From Planctomycetota bacterium (GTDB lineage: Bacteria > Planctomycetota > SZUA-567), in the NCBI GenBank assembly GCA_963677015.1, contig OY781533.1, positions 3,265,231-3,329,230 on the forward strand: 64,000 bases of DNA. Direction: 5' to 3'. The translations under genes and the position numbers were made by a program. The notes below the pieces were generated by a model, which saw nothing but the letters and a program-made list of their open reading frames with translations, was not told the DNA's origin and did not search any database. How positions within the stretch are numbered: position 1 is the first letter of the stretch; each line of letters starts with the position of its first letter. Of the stretch, positions 36,205 through 45,153 are shown in pieces.

Positions 36205-37518
36205 ATGAAATTCAAAGAATTCGCACGCATGCATCTGACATTAAATATCTCGGTTTTATCAGCATTCCTGCTATCCTTTATCCTCTTTACTTCCTGCAAA
36301 GATGACAATGAATATACCGGCTCCGGCACCACAGCCGCAACTGTTGAAACTCAGGACATCAGGCATGATGATAAAGTACGGGAAGAACTTTTCACTGAAA
36401 TACCGGAAGCGCAAAACGCTGACGGCTCCACCACTGTGAAAAATCCTAAAAAAAAGGACAGCCCTCACCTGCGAATCTTTGAGGGTAAGAAAAAGACAAT
36501 AAGTCCTGAAGAACAGGCAAAAATTGACGAAGAACTGACCGAACTCAGAAAAAAATACAACCCAACCTATCGTATCACCCGCGGTGATCAGCTAGAAATT
36601 TCCATTCCTTTCGAACCGGACAGCCGGCAGCTGGTAAATGTACGCCCTGACGGCACCCTCGGTTATCTCTACGGAGTAGAAGTTAAAGCGGCCGGGCTGA
36701 CCTATCCCGAGCTTAAAACAAAGATTGAAGACCAATTGGCAAAGTATTACTACAAACCAAAAGTTGACATCAATGGAAAAACCTACTCAGGCAGTCAGGT
36801 ATATATCATGGGACCGATAAAAGCCCCTGGAAGCCATATTATACAGAATAACACCAAACTGCTCGATTTTCTGTCAATGGCCGGTGTACTCAGTCAGTTA
36901 CCGAGTGCGAATCTGCTTTCATATCGAAATTCACAGACCAATGATGTTGTAGATCTCAGTAATTCATATATGATGCGTGACGGCAAAATTCTTCCGATAA
37001 ATTTTGAAAAGCTGCTGCTCAACCGGGAAATGAAGTATAACATTTACGTACGTGCCAATGATTTTCTCTTTTTCCCAAGTTCATATCTCACAGATATCAG
37101 TAAGACAGTTTACGTCATAGGAGCGGTAAACACCCCTCGTACTTATCAGTATACAACAACAACAACCTTCATGGCGGCAATAGCAGCTGCCGGCGGAGTT
37201 GATAAATACCGGGCAGACAGAAACCATCTCGTTGTTATCCGTAAAAGCGCCGATAAAATTATAAATGTAAATTATCTCAATATTATCAACGGCGTAGAGC
37301 CGGATATTGAGCTTGAAGATCGAGATATAATCTATGTTCCAGAACGCGGACTATACTCGGCATCACATTGGGCCACCACGGTCATCAGCGAAATTATCGC
37401 ACCGCTGCAGGCAATTATTCAGGCCAGCTCAGCCAGCAAAGCGATCAATATGCAGAATTATAATCCAGCATCAGACTTCGGACCTGCAGACTCATGGATG
37501 AAGGATGAAAGCAACTAA
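36205..37518 (+). CDS. Polysaccharide export protein (Wza/Poly_export plus SLBB type), probable lipoprotein
   Basis: 437 aa. Signal with LFTSC. Poly_export signature YRITRGDQLEISIPFEPD....VNVRPDGTLGYLYGVEVKAAGLTYPELKTKIEDQL. Later SLBB-like segments (VYIMGPIKAPGSH, VYVIGAVNTPRTY). Confidence 0.8.
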   Translation: MKFKEFARMHLTLNISVLSAFLLSFILFTSCKDDNEYTGSGTTAATVETQDIRHDDKVREELFTEIPEAQNADGSTTVKNPKKKDSPHLRIFEGKKKTISPEEQAKIDEELTELRKKYNPTYRITRGDQLEISIPFEPDSRQLVNVRPDGTLGYLYGVEVKAAGLTYPELKTKIEDQLAKYYYKPKVDINGKTYSGSQVYIMGPIKAPGSHIIQNNTKLLDFLSMAGVLSQLPSANLLSYRNSQTNDVVDLSNSYMMRDGKILPINFEKLLLNREMKYNIYVRANDFLFFPSSYLTDISKTVYVIGAVNTPRTYQYTTTTTFMAAIAAAGGVDKYRADRNHLVVIRKSADKIINVNYLNIINGVEPDIELEDRDIIYVPERGLYSASHWATTVISEIIAPLQAIIQASSASKAINMQNYNPASDFGPADSWMKDESN

Positions 37519-37572
37519 CAGTAAGCTGCACAGAATAAACTTCTATATGGCACAACTTACGAAAGGGAAAAG

Positions 37573-38247
37573 ATGGCCAGAAATATCGCCAAAGACTGGG
37601 AAGATGAAAAATACAGTGATGAATATCTGCAACAACGTCTGCGACTCTGCCGCAAACCGGAAGGAGATGACGGCATTCAACTTGCCCATGAAATGAATGA
37701 AAGCCACAGCACACTTGTAAGCTGGGCGATGGACACCTACAGTCAGGATCAAAATATAACCGGCAAAGCCCTGGATGTCGGTTGCGGCGGCGGAGCCACC
37801 CTGAAAGCGGTACATACCCGCTACCCCAATCTTCAGTTATACGGCATAGACTACTCTACAGATATGGTTGAACTCAGCAAAAAAAATCTGCAGAAGCAGG
37901 CGGAAATAATAAACGGCAGTGTACTTGAACTGCCCTACGGCAACGCTGAATTCACGTACATTACTGCGGTGGAAACCACCTATTTCTGGCCGGAGATTAC
38001 CGAATCACTGAAGAATGTTTTTCGTGTTCTAAACGACAACGGCACCTTCCAGATTATTCAGGAGATGTATGCTGATACCGAGGATGATACCTTTAGAGAA
38101 CGAAATGAACGCATAGTCGCGGTCTCTGGAATGCAGCTTTTCACTCCGGAAGCGCTCAAGGAACAATTGCTGACTGCCGGTTTTACTCAGGTACAATATA
38201 CCACCAAATCCGAGAATAACTGGATTACCTATCTGGCGCAGAAATAG
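37573..38247 (+). CDS. Class I SAM-dependent methyltransferase
   Basis: 224 aa. Motif I ALDVGCGGGATL, plus LPYGNAEFTYITAVETTYFW and LNDNGTFQI, typical of Methyltransf_11/25. Confidence 0.75.
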   Translation: MARNIAKDWEDEKYSDEYLQQRLRLCRKPEGDDGIQLAHEMNESHSTLVSWAMDTYSQDQNITGKALDVGCGGGATLKAVHTRYPNLQLYGIDYSTDMVELSKKNLQKQAEIINGSVLELPYGNAEFTYITAVETTYFWPEITESLKNVFRVLNDNGTFQIIQEMYADTEDDTFRERNERIVAVSGMQLFTPEALKEQLLTAGFTQVQYTTKSENNWITYLAQK

Positions 38248-38352
38248 CAGAAAACAACAGATATTTTTTCGGGGTACAGCTTTAACATCAGCTGTACCCC
38301 GATTCATACTTGGCATAATCTACTATAATTTAAAACAATGCATGCCGGCAAA

Positions 38353-38730
38353 TCAGCGCTGTACTATCTGCAGCTCATTCCCTTCAGGATCACGAAAACC
38401 ACGCAGTTTTCCGCCACCGACAGCAGATGCAATCTCACCGGTCCAGACAACGCCACGTTCCTGAAGGACCTCTATCGCCTTATCCAGATCTGCCACTCTT
38501 AAAGCCAGATGACTTACACCTTCGGCAAAATATCCCCGCTCCGGTCTTGCCGAACCGTCTGTCGGCATAGCCTCAAGAAAGACACCATCAGCGCTCTTCA
38601 ATAACTTTGCTCCACCCGCTGCTTCTGCCATTATTTCATAATCAAGAACCTCACAATACCATTTACAGGCAGCCTCAAGATCATGAAACACAATCGCCGG
38701 ATGATCAACACCAATTATCACTTTATCCAT
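38353..38730 (-). CDS. VOC-family (glyoxalase/bleomycin-resistance/dioxygenase fold) protein
   Basis: GVDHPAIVFHDLEAACKWY ... GVSHLALRVADLDKAIEVLQERGV ... FRDPEGNELQIV is the paired beta-alpha-beta-beta-beta VOC pattern. Start set at MDKVIIG; the track ORF carries 28 extra upstream codons. Confidence 0.75.
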   Translation of the reverse strand: MDKVIIGVDHPAIVFHDLEAACKWYCEVLDYEIMAEAAGGAKLLKSADGVFLEAMPTDGSARPERGYFAEGVSHLALRVADLDKAIEVLQERGVVWTGEIASAVGGGKLRGFRDPEGNELQIVQR

Positions 38731-38832
38731 AATTAAAACCCTTCTGTATCTTTCGTTATTAAAAAAATTCAGATACCAGATAAAGACCCGGTATCTGAAT
38801 ATACTATTCGTCATAGAATAAATTTCACCTTC

Positions 38833-39081
38833 TCACATACGTACGCACGCTTTAGGTATTGATTTGCGTTCATATTCTATACGTTTATCATTTCTGAAAG
38901 CCTGCTCAATCCACGATACCGGCACGTGTTCTTCACAGAAACGCACCCCGGTCTTGGTATTAATAACCCGGCAAGGCTTATGACAGTCCGCATGCGAACA
39001 CTCCTGCCCGGACTCAACAAACAAGAGGTTTATAGCACTTGTGTTTTCCATATCTCCATCCTTGGAAATTACTTTTCTCAC
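38833..39081 (-). CDS. Small Cys/His-rich hypothetical protein
   Basis: 82 aa (possibly starting at internal MENTS). CSHADCHKPC....FCEEH suggests a metal-binding knuckle. No family recognised. Confidence 0.3.
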   Translation of the reverse strand: MRKVISKDGDMENTSAINLLFVESGQECSHADCHKPCRVINTKTGVRFCEEHVPVSWIEQAFRNDKRIEYERKSIPKACVRM

Positions 39082-39274
39082 AATTAATTACCTTTATATA
39101 ATAATTATATAGTCCGATAAAATATTTTGTCAACTCTTTTCCAGACAAAATACACACTAAAATATTTTAACTATATAAACGGTAAAAAAACATCAAAGTT
39201 TAGCAGATATTTAAAGTATTACATTTAAAACAGCTTAACCGGGAAATTTCAATAACTAACAGCAATCACAATAC

Positions 39275-41098
39275 TCAGCCGTTATCCACAATCTCACGCG
39301 CCTTGGTTAGTATTACTGCTGCCGCCTCCTCATATTCACGCATCAGTTTCTCTTCATCAGCCAAAGCCTCGGCACTGGCCAGCTCATAATAATATCTGAA
39401 TTTTGGCTCCGTACCTGACGGACGCAGCAGTATCCAGCTCTTATCTGCAAATATAAGCTTGAGCCCATCAATAATATTGATAGCAGCAATCTCTTTGGCA
39501 ACACCGCCGACACTAACGCTGTCACCGACCTTATACAGCTTATGCTGCAATACCGCAACAACATTCGCCTTATATTCCTGCCAGGCTTCAATACTGACAC
39601 CTTTGACATCAGCCCCAGCCTTAGCAGGATAAAAGTATCCATAGCGTTCACGCAGTTTATTATACTGCTCAGATATATTAGTATCGGTACTCTTCATTGC
39701 CTCAAGTGCCAGCAGAAATCCCGCCAGAGCACACTTCTCCAGGGTATGTCCGACACAGGTAATACCATCAGATTCCTCAAAAGCAAGTATAACCTTACCC
39801 TGACTGAGCGGCTCGCGGAAATTTTTAAAACCTACCGCCATCTCAAAAATTTCCTTACCCTCACGCTTAGCTATTTCCAACGCGAAATCACTTGAAGGAG
39901 CAGTGCTGGCAAGTCCGCCGTCCATGCCTCTGCCCAGCATACTCGCATAAGCGATAGCACCAAAACGATTCATATCAATATCCATAGCCGCGTCAGCAAA
40001 GCGTATTCTGTCAGCATCCGGATCAAGAGCAACCGCCAGAGACAACCGGCGATTCATTACTGACAATTCAGCAATAAGCGGTGCCTGATTGACCGCACTC
40101 GGCTCTGGTTTTACCCCATGAAAACTGTAATCAGTAGCCACATGCAGGCGTTTAAAAGACCCGGCCGCGGTCAATTCCTCTACCACCTCCGCACCAAGCA
40201 CAGCCTCTACATAACCCCGCGAAGAACCATGCATGAAATCCACTATCAAGGCAATCTCATCCTTCTTCGCTTTGAGCCATTCACGCAGTGCCGACAAATC
40301 AAAGACCTTGCTTTTATTCATAACAAAATCAGTAAAAATCTGTTTTGCGTCAATATCCTTGTACATATCCGCAGCGGGTTCAACCGTTACCGGTGAAAAC
40401 TCTCCCCCCTGCATATAAGCATTGGCCTTCTCCTCAATAAGTACTGTCAGTTCCGGGCCGGCAGGTCCGCCGTCAGCAGGATTAAACTTCAGACCTGCAT
40501 ACTCCATAGGATTATGTGACGGTGTGAAATTTATCGACCCGGCAGCGGAGAGCTCAGTCACCAGCGCCGAACCGACGCCGGTTGGGCACTCACCGGCAAT
40601 ATACATCTTAACTCCTGCTGCCGCCAGCTCACGCTTGGCGATTCCGATAAACACATCTCCCATAAACCGGTTATCACGAAATATTACAATTCCATGCTTC
40701 TGAACTTCCTCAAAACTCTGATACTTATTTACCTCAAGGAATTTAGCCGTCTGCATCATTTCAACAATACCGCGCACAACCTTGGCAACATTGAGTGTCG
40801 TAAAATCTTCACCAATAACACCACGCCAGCCGGAAGTTCCGAAAACCACAGTAGTCTGAACAGTTGAAACAGCAGCTTTCTCTCCCTGAAATTCACGCAC
40901 CATATCAACAATTCGCCGACAGGCATAAACCGTTGCATCGGTAGCCTCTGGACGGTTATAATAACAGCCGGCGCTCTTCGCCACTTCCCAGAAAGTATCA
41001 CTTTCAAGGTAGCCGTCGATCTCCGCAACTACTTCCTGATCCCGTATTGCCTCGCGCACCGCCTGTGTCAGCTCTTCTTTAAATTCAGCCTTGCTCAT
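39275..41098 (-). CDS. Phosphoglucomutase/phosphomannomutase family protein (alpha-D-phosphohexomutase)
   Basis: Active-site serine loop GSINFTPSHNPMEYAGLK and metal-binding loop ALDPDADR. The domain IV sugar-phosphate loop shows up as LLRPSGTEPKFRYY. Start set at MSKAEFKEEL (ATG 41098). Confidence 0.85.
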   Translation of the reverse strand: MSKAEFKEELTQAVREAIRDQEVVAEIDGYLESDTFWEVAKSAGCYYNRPEATDATVYACRRIVDMVREFQGEKAAVSTVQTTVVFGTSGWRGVIGEDFTTLNVAKVVRGIVEMMQTAKFLEVNKYQSFEEVQKHGIVIFRDNRFMGDVFIGIAKRELAAAGVKMYIAGECPTGVGSALVTELSAAGSINFTPSHNPMEYAGLKFNPADGGPAGPELTVLIEEKANAYMQGGEFSPVTVEPAADMYKDIDAKQIFTDFVMNKSKVFDLSALREWLKAKKDEIALIVDFMHGSSRGYVEAVLGAEVVEELTAAGSFKRLHVATDYSFHGVKPEPSAVNQAPLIAELSVMNRRLSLAVALDPDADRIRFADAAMDIDMNRFGAIAYASMLGRGMDGGLASTAPSSDFALEIAKREGKEIFEMAVGFKNFREPLSQGKVILAFEESDGITCVGHTLEKCALAGFLLALEAMKSTDTNISEQYNKLRERYGYFYPAKAGADVKGVSIEAWQEYKANVVAVLQHKLYKVGDSVSVGGVAKEIAAINIIDGLKLIFADKSWILLRPSGTEPKFRYYYELASAEALADEEKLMREYEEAAAVILTKAREIVDNG

Positions 41099-41238
41099 GT
41101 TTATTCCCCATATAATTAAACATTTATAATGCACAGGCCACCGCCCGCACCCAATACCACATATTCCATACAAGATATCTTATATATAAGACCCGTTCTT
41201 AAAACACCGGCGAAATAAATCAGCGCCTGGAATAAAGC

Positions 41239-44223
41239 TTACTCACGCCCCAGCCTGCTGAGAAGTTCCAGACGCTCACTCTGGGCTTTCTCATACAACT
41301 CGGTGAGTTCTTCAACCTTCTGCAGCTGCTCATTAATAAATGCATCCTTATCCGCTGCGACCTTTTTCAATTCTTGTTCCTTGTCATTCAGCAACGTTTT
41401 ATACCTTTGAACCTCAGCCATATTATCCACACTTCCAAGAATGGCCCGTTCTTCCTCATGCGCCCGGAATTCACCGATAAGAGTACGTGCTTTCATCAGC
41501 TCCCAACCGAGCTCTTTATTACTGGCCGTAAGTTCTTCGAGATGACTCTCCCGCTCACGCGCCTTGCGCAGTTCAACATCAAGACGCCGATGTTCAATCT
41601 GTTCCTCCATAAAGGCCTTATTCAATTCATCAATTTCCAACGCGACTCTATCAGCAAGCTCCGCTTTCTCTTCAAGTTCATTTACCTTGGTAACAAGCTC
41701 CTTATAACCTTCAATACGTTCACGAAGCTCATCATTCTCCGCTGTCAGTACAGCCGTTTTTTTCTCGGATTTTTCCAGAAGCCCGCGAACATCATCCACT
41801 TCAGAATGCAGATCACTTAAAAGTTCCGATTCCGCCTGCAGCTCTTCAATTCTCGAAGTTAACCGCTTGACCTCCACAGTACGCTCACGCAACTCCCACT
41901 GCGTACTTTTAAGCTCGTCACAGGTACTGCTGAACTTCGCCTGCAACTCCTGAGCATTACTGGTAATAACCTCCTTCTCACGCGCTGTCTGTTCTTTGAG
42001 TGCTGAATAATCCTGATGCACAGCTTCACACTCTTTACGTAACTTATCAAGAGCCATATCCTTCTCAAGATTCTCAAGCTGCACCTGATCTCGCATTCCG
42101 GCGAGTTCATCTTTAAGAGCGGCAAGTTCCTCTTTAAGCACCTTTATCTGCGCATCCCGACTCTCAATACCCTTTATTTTATCGGCTATATCAAGCTGAA
42201 GCTGCCCGACCTGATCCTCAAACGCTCCTAATTCCATAACCCGTTCCAGAGCAAGCTCCTTCAGTGAAGTTTCATTATCAAGCTTCCACTGACAGTCCTT
42301 AAGCATTGTTTCAGCCTCATTCAAACGCTGCTGAACCGCTTCCGATTTATTGGCGTATGACTCCATTATATCCGCCTTTTCATCACTGAGGATTTTATTC
42401 TGCTCTTCAAGCTTAACCAGCTGCTCCTGCAACTGCTGTCGCTCTTTATCAGCGTCGTCCTTCGCTGCTTTATACTGCTCTTCAAGTTCACGAAGCGTAT
42501 TCTTATACTCGGTAATTCTACTTTCAAGAAGGGTCACCGTCTCACGGCTCTCACTCAGCTCCGATTTAAGCTCTTCATCCGCACCCAACACAGATCCCAA
42601 CTCCTTGTTCCGATTCTCCAGCTGACCCTGAACTTCCTTGAGCTGCTTGTTCAGATCCAACACCTGCTGCTGAAGACCGGAATTCTGCGCTCTTTCCTCA
42701 GTCAGCGCCTCCTCCAGCTCTCTGGTCTTGGCCTGAAACAATTCATGCTCTTTGGTCTGACCATCCTTCAGAAGCTGCTCCAGCTTGGCGCGTTCCTCTT
42801 CAATCCGCTCCAGTTCACTGAGTGCCTTACGTACCGAAACCAACTCTGCCTCAGCCTCTTCCCGCCCCTCACGTTCACGCTGAATGCCAACATGCTCCGC
42901 CTCAATAAGCGCCGCCTGCCCTGCTTCAAGCTCTTCACAGCGATTTTCAAGAGAAGTTACAACCGAATTAAGATTATCCACCATCCTGCCGCTTGCTCCA
43001 AGCTTATCGGTGAGATCAGCCGCCTGTTTCTCAACCTCTCTCTTGGCCTCCGCCAGTTTCTGTTCCCGTCCGGACGCGGCATCACGTTCCTTCTCCATTC
43101 TCAGCGAATACTCTCCGGCAATACGTGAACTGTCCAAAGCTTTATCACGTTCTCCTATCAGATCATTAACCCGACCTTCAAGATCACCGATACGAGCACG
43201 AGCCAGGGAATTTTCTTCCTCTGCTTTATGCAGCCCATTCAGAGCCTCCTGCGCATCACGTAGAGATACATTCTTTTTATTTTCACTATCCTCAAGCCGG
43301 CGGTGCAGCTCCGCGCGTTCATTCTCCGACTGCTCAAGATTACGCCGCAAATCCGTCAGTTCCGAGGCAAATCTCTCCACCTCGGCATTACGTCCGCCGA
43401 GCTCATCTCTAAGCTGCTGCAGGATATTTTCCAGTCTTTCCCGTTCAATATTCGCCGCAGCCAATTCCTTATCACGTACCTCCCGGTTCTCATCAACTTC
43501 ATGGGAAATACTCTCCACCCGCTGCTGGTTTACAGCAAGAGCCTCCGTCTTTTCCGCATTTTCACGGCGAAGTTCCGCAATTCTCGTTTTAATAGATTCC
43601 GCCTCATCCTTGGCACTCTGAGCCTCTTCGCGTAATCTCGCCGACTCCTCTTCAGCTCTGGCAATAGCTTCACGGTTGCTTCTGGATTCTTCTTTAGCTT
43701 TCAAAAGTGCTTCCCGGTGTCGCGCTACCTCCTGCTGCAGATCAATACTGCTGATCGCAGCACCACGCCGCTGCTCTGGAACCGGTGGTGTTACCGGATC
43801 AATACCTGAAACTCTCTGTTCCGGCAGCGGCTTCTCAGGCCTGCTGGCTTCATAATCCCGGCAAAGATCATACATTTGCGGAACATCAATATTACCGTCA
43901 TAAAATATTCTGGCGACACCAAGTCTCTTCACATCATCAATAATCTGCCGATCATCTGAATTCAGAGATACAACCAGCGGGATACCGCGAGATATCTTCT
44001 TAATATAATTCACCAGTGAAGCTCCATCATAATTTGGCAGGTTTGGAGCAAGAAGAATAGCGGAAAATTCCGCAGTTTCAAGACGATGTTCAACTTCAGC
44101 AATACTGGCAACAGGATTGATATGAAGATCGTGATAATCAGAAAAGAGAAAATCCGCAACTATTTTACTCATTCCCCGGTTACAGTCTTCGACCAGCAGA
44201 ATTCTATATTTTTTATCGCCCAT
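41239..44223 (-). CDS. Pseudo-receiver domain protein with ~800-aa coiled coil (FrzS-like architecture)
   Basis: N-terminal CheY-like fold (KYRILLVEDC ... FSAILLAPNLPNYDG ... PLVVSLNS). Ala sits at the phospho-acceptor position and Asp sits where the conserved Lys should be. The rest is E/K/L/R/Q-rich heptad-type sequence to the C-terminus. Start set at ATG 44223 (GGAG 7 nt upstream). Confidence 0.72.
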   Translation of the reverse strand: MGDKKYRILLVEDCNRGMSKIVADFLFSDYHDLHINPVASIAEVEHRLETAEFSAILLAPNLPNYDGASLVNYIKKISRGIPLVVSLNSDDRQIIDDVKRLGVARIFYDGNIDVPQMYDLCRDYEASRPEKPLPEQRVSGIDPVTPPVPEQRRGAAISSIDLQQEVARHREALLKAKEESRSNREAIARAEEESARLREEAQSAKDEAESIKTRIAELRRENAEKTEALAVNQQRVESISHEVDENREVRDKELAAANIERERLENILQQLRDELGGRNAEVERFASELTDLRRNLEQSENERAELHRRLEDSENKKNVSLRDAQEALNGLHKAEEENSLARARIGDLEGRVNDLIGERDKALDSSRIAGEYSLRMEKERDAASGREQKLAEAKREVEKQAADLTDKLGASGRMVDNLNSVVTSLENRCEELEAGQAALIEAEHVGIQREREGREEAEAELVSVRKALSELERIEEERAKLEQLLKDGQTKEHELFQAKTRELEEALTEERAQNSGLQQQVLDLNKQLKEVQGQLENRNKELGSVLGADEELKSELSESRETVTLLESRITEYKNTLRELEEQYKAAKDDADKERQQLQEQLVKLEEQNKILSDEKADIMESYANKSEAVQQRLNEAETMLKDCQWKLDNETSLKELALERVMELGAFEDQVGQLQLDIADKIKGIESRDAQIKVLKEELAALKDELAGMRDQVQLENLEKDMALDKLRKECEAVHQDYSALKEQTAREKEVITSNAQELQAKFSSTCDELKSTQWELRERTVEVKRLTSRIEELQAESELLSDLHSEVDDVRGLLEKSEKKTAVLTAENDELRERIEGYKELVTKVNELEEKAELADRVALEIDELNKAFMEEQIEHRRLDVELRKARERESHLEELTASNKELGWELMKARTLIGEFRAHEEERAILGSVDNMAEVQRYKTLLNDKEQELKKVAADKDAFINEQLQKVEELTELYEKAQSERLELLSRLGRE

Positions 44224-44439
44224 AATATCTCCACAAGAGCCAGAAAATTTTACACACAAAATCCAAACATATTGCATAGCAGTATGTTAGCTATTATAAT
44301 GCAATTATATAGCATTCTAATTTTACTGTAGATATAATTTTTGTCAATGTAGATTTTAGTCTGCAGCAACTACAGGATATCCAATTACCGGTTATTGATC
44401 AGCACCTGATGAATAAACCTGATATAGAAGAGAGAAATA

Positions 44440-44997
44440 ATGAGCTACGTAGGAAGAGGCGGAGAAAAACTTGAATGGGCCCTGCAGGAATTTTCAGTTA
44501 AAGTTGAAGGACTTGTCTGCTGCGATCTGGGCAGTAATGTCGGAGGCTTTGTCGACTGTCTGCTTCAACATGGAGCCAGCAAAGTCTATTCAGTCGACAC
44601 TTCATACGGAACTCTGGCCTGGACTCTGCGCAATGATGAGCGGGTTATCGTAATGGAGCGAACCAACGCACTGCACGTAGAAATTCCCGAAAAAGTCGAT
44701 CTGGTAACCTGTGATGTCGGCTGGACCAGACAGGAAAAAGTTCTGCCGCATGCCATATCTCTGTTAAAAACTGCAGGCAAGGTAGTAAGTCTCTTAAAAC
44801 CTCAATATGAAGCAGAACGATCAGAGATGGAAAAAGGCAGAAAAGGCAAGGTCAAAGAAGAGGCTCTGACAAATATCCTGCAACGGGTAAGTGGTACCGC
44901 AACAGCAACCGGACTCAAACTGAGCGGGCCGTCACGGGCACCTTTTCTGGGCGGGAAAGGAAAGAATCCTGAATTTTATTTTCTTTTAGAACGTTAA
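44440..44997 (+). CDS. TlyA/FtsJ-like ribose 2'-O RNA methyltransferase lacking the S4 domain
   Basis: 185 aa. SYVGRGGEKLEWALQEFSVKVEGLVCCDLGSNVGGFVDCLLQHGASKVYSVDTSYGTLAWTLRNDERVIVMERTNA aligns with the TlyA catalytic core (SRGG.KL..AL..F, D.G.S.GGFTD.LL..GA..VY.VDVG). There is no N-terminal S4 region. Confidence 0.65.
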   Translation: MSYVGRGGEKLEWALQEFSVKVEGLVCCDLGSNVGGFVDCLLQHGASKVYSVDTSYGTLAWTLRNDERVIVMERTNALHVEIPEKVDLVTCDVGWTRQEKVLPHAISLLKTAGKVVSLLKPQYEAERSEMEKGRKGKVKEEALTNILQRVSGTATATGLKLSGPSRAPFLGGKGKNPEFYFLLER

Positions 44998-45153
44998 AAA
45001 AAAGTTTAGCTTGACGAAAACTCGATATTGCTGTAGTTTAAAATAGATTAGAATACTTCTGTTTCCGTTACTATATTCCAGAAGAACCTTTTGTAAATTT
45101 ATTCCAGTTGAATACCAACCATTTATACTGACAACTACAGGTTATTATTTCTT

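Noticed and set aside
42884-43621. 245-aa Ser/Arg-rich plus-strand ORF, with several others, inside the coiled-coil gene
   Set aside because: They are antisense to GAA/GAG/CTG-rich heptad coding sequence. The composition is highly biased and there are no translation-start signals.
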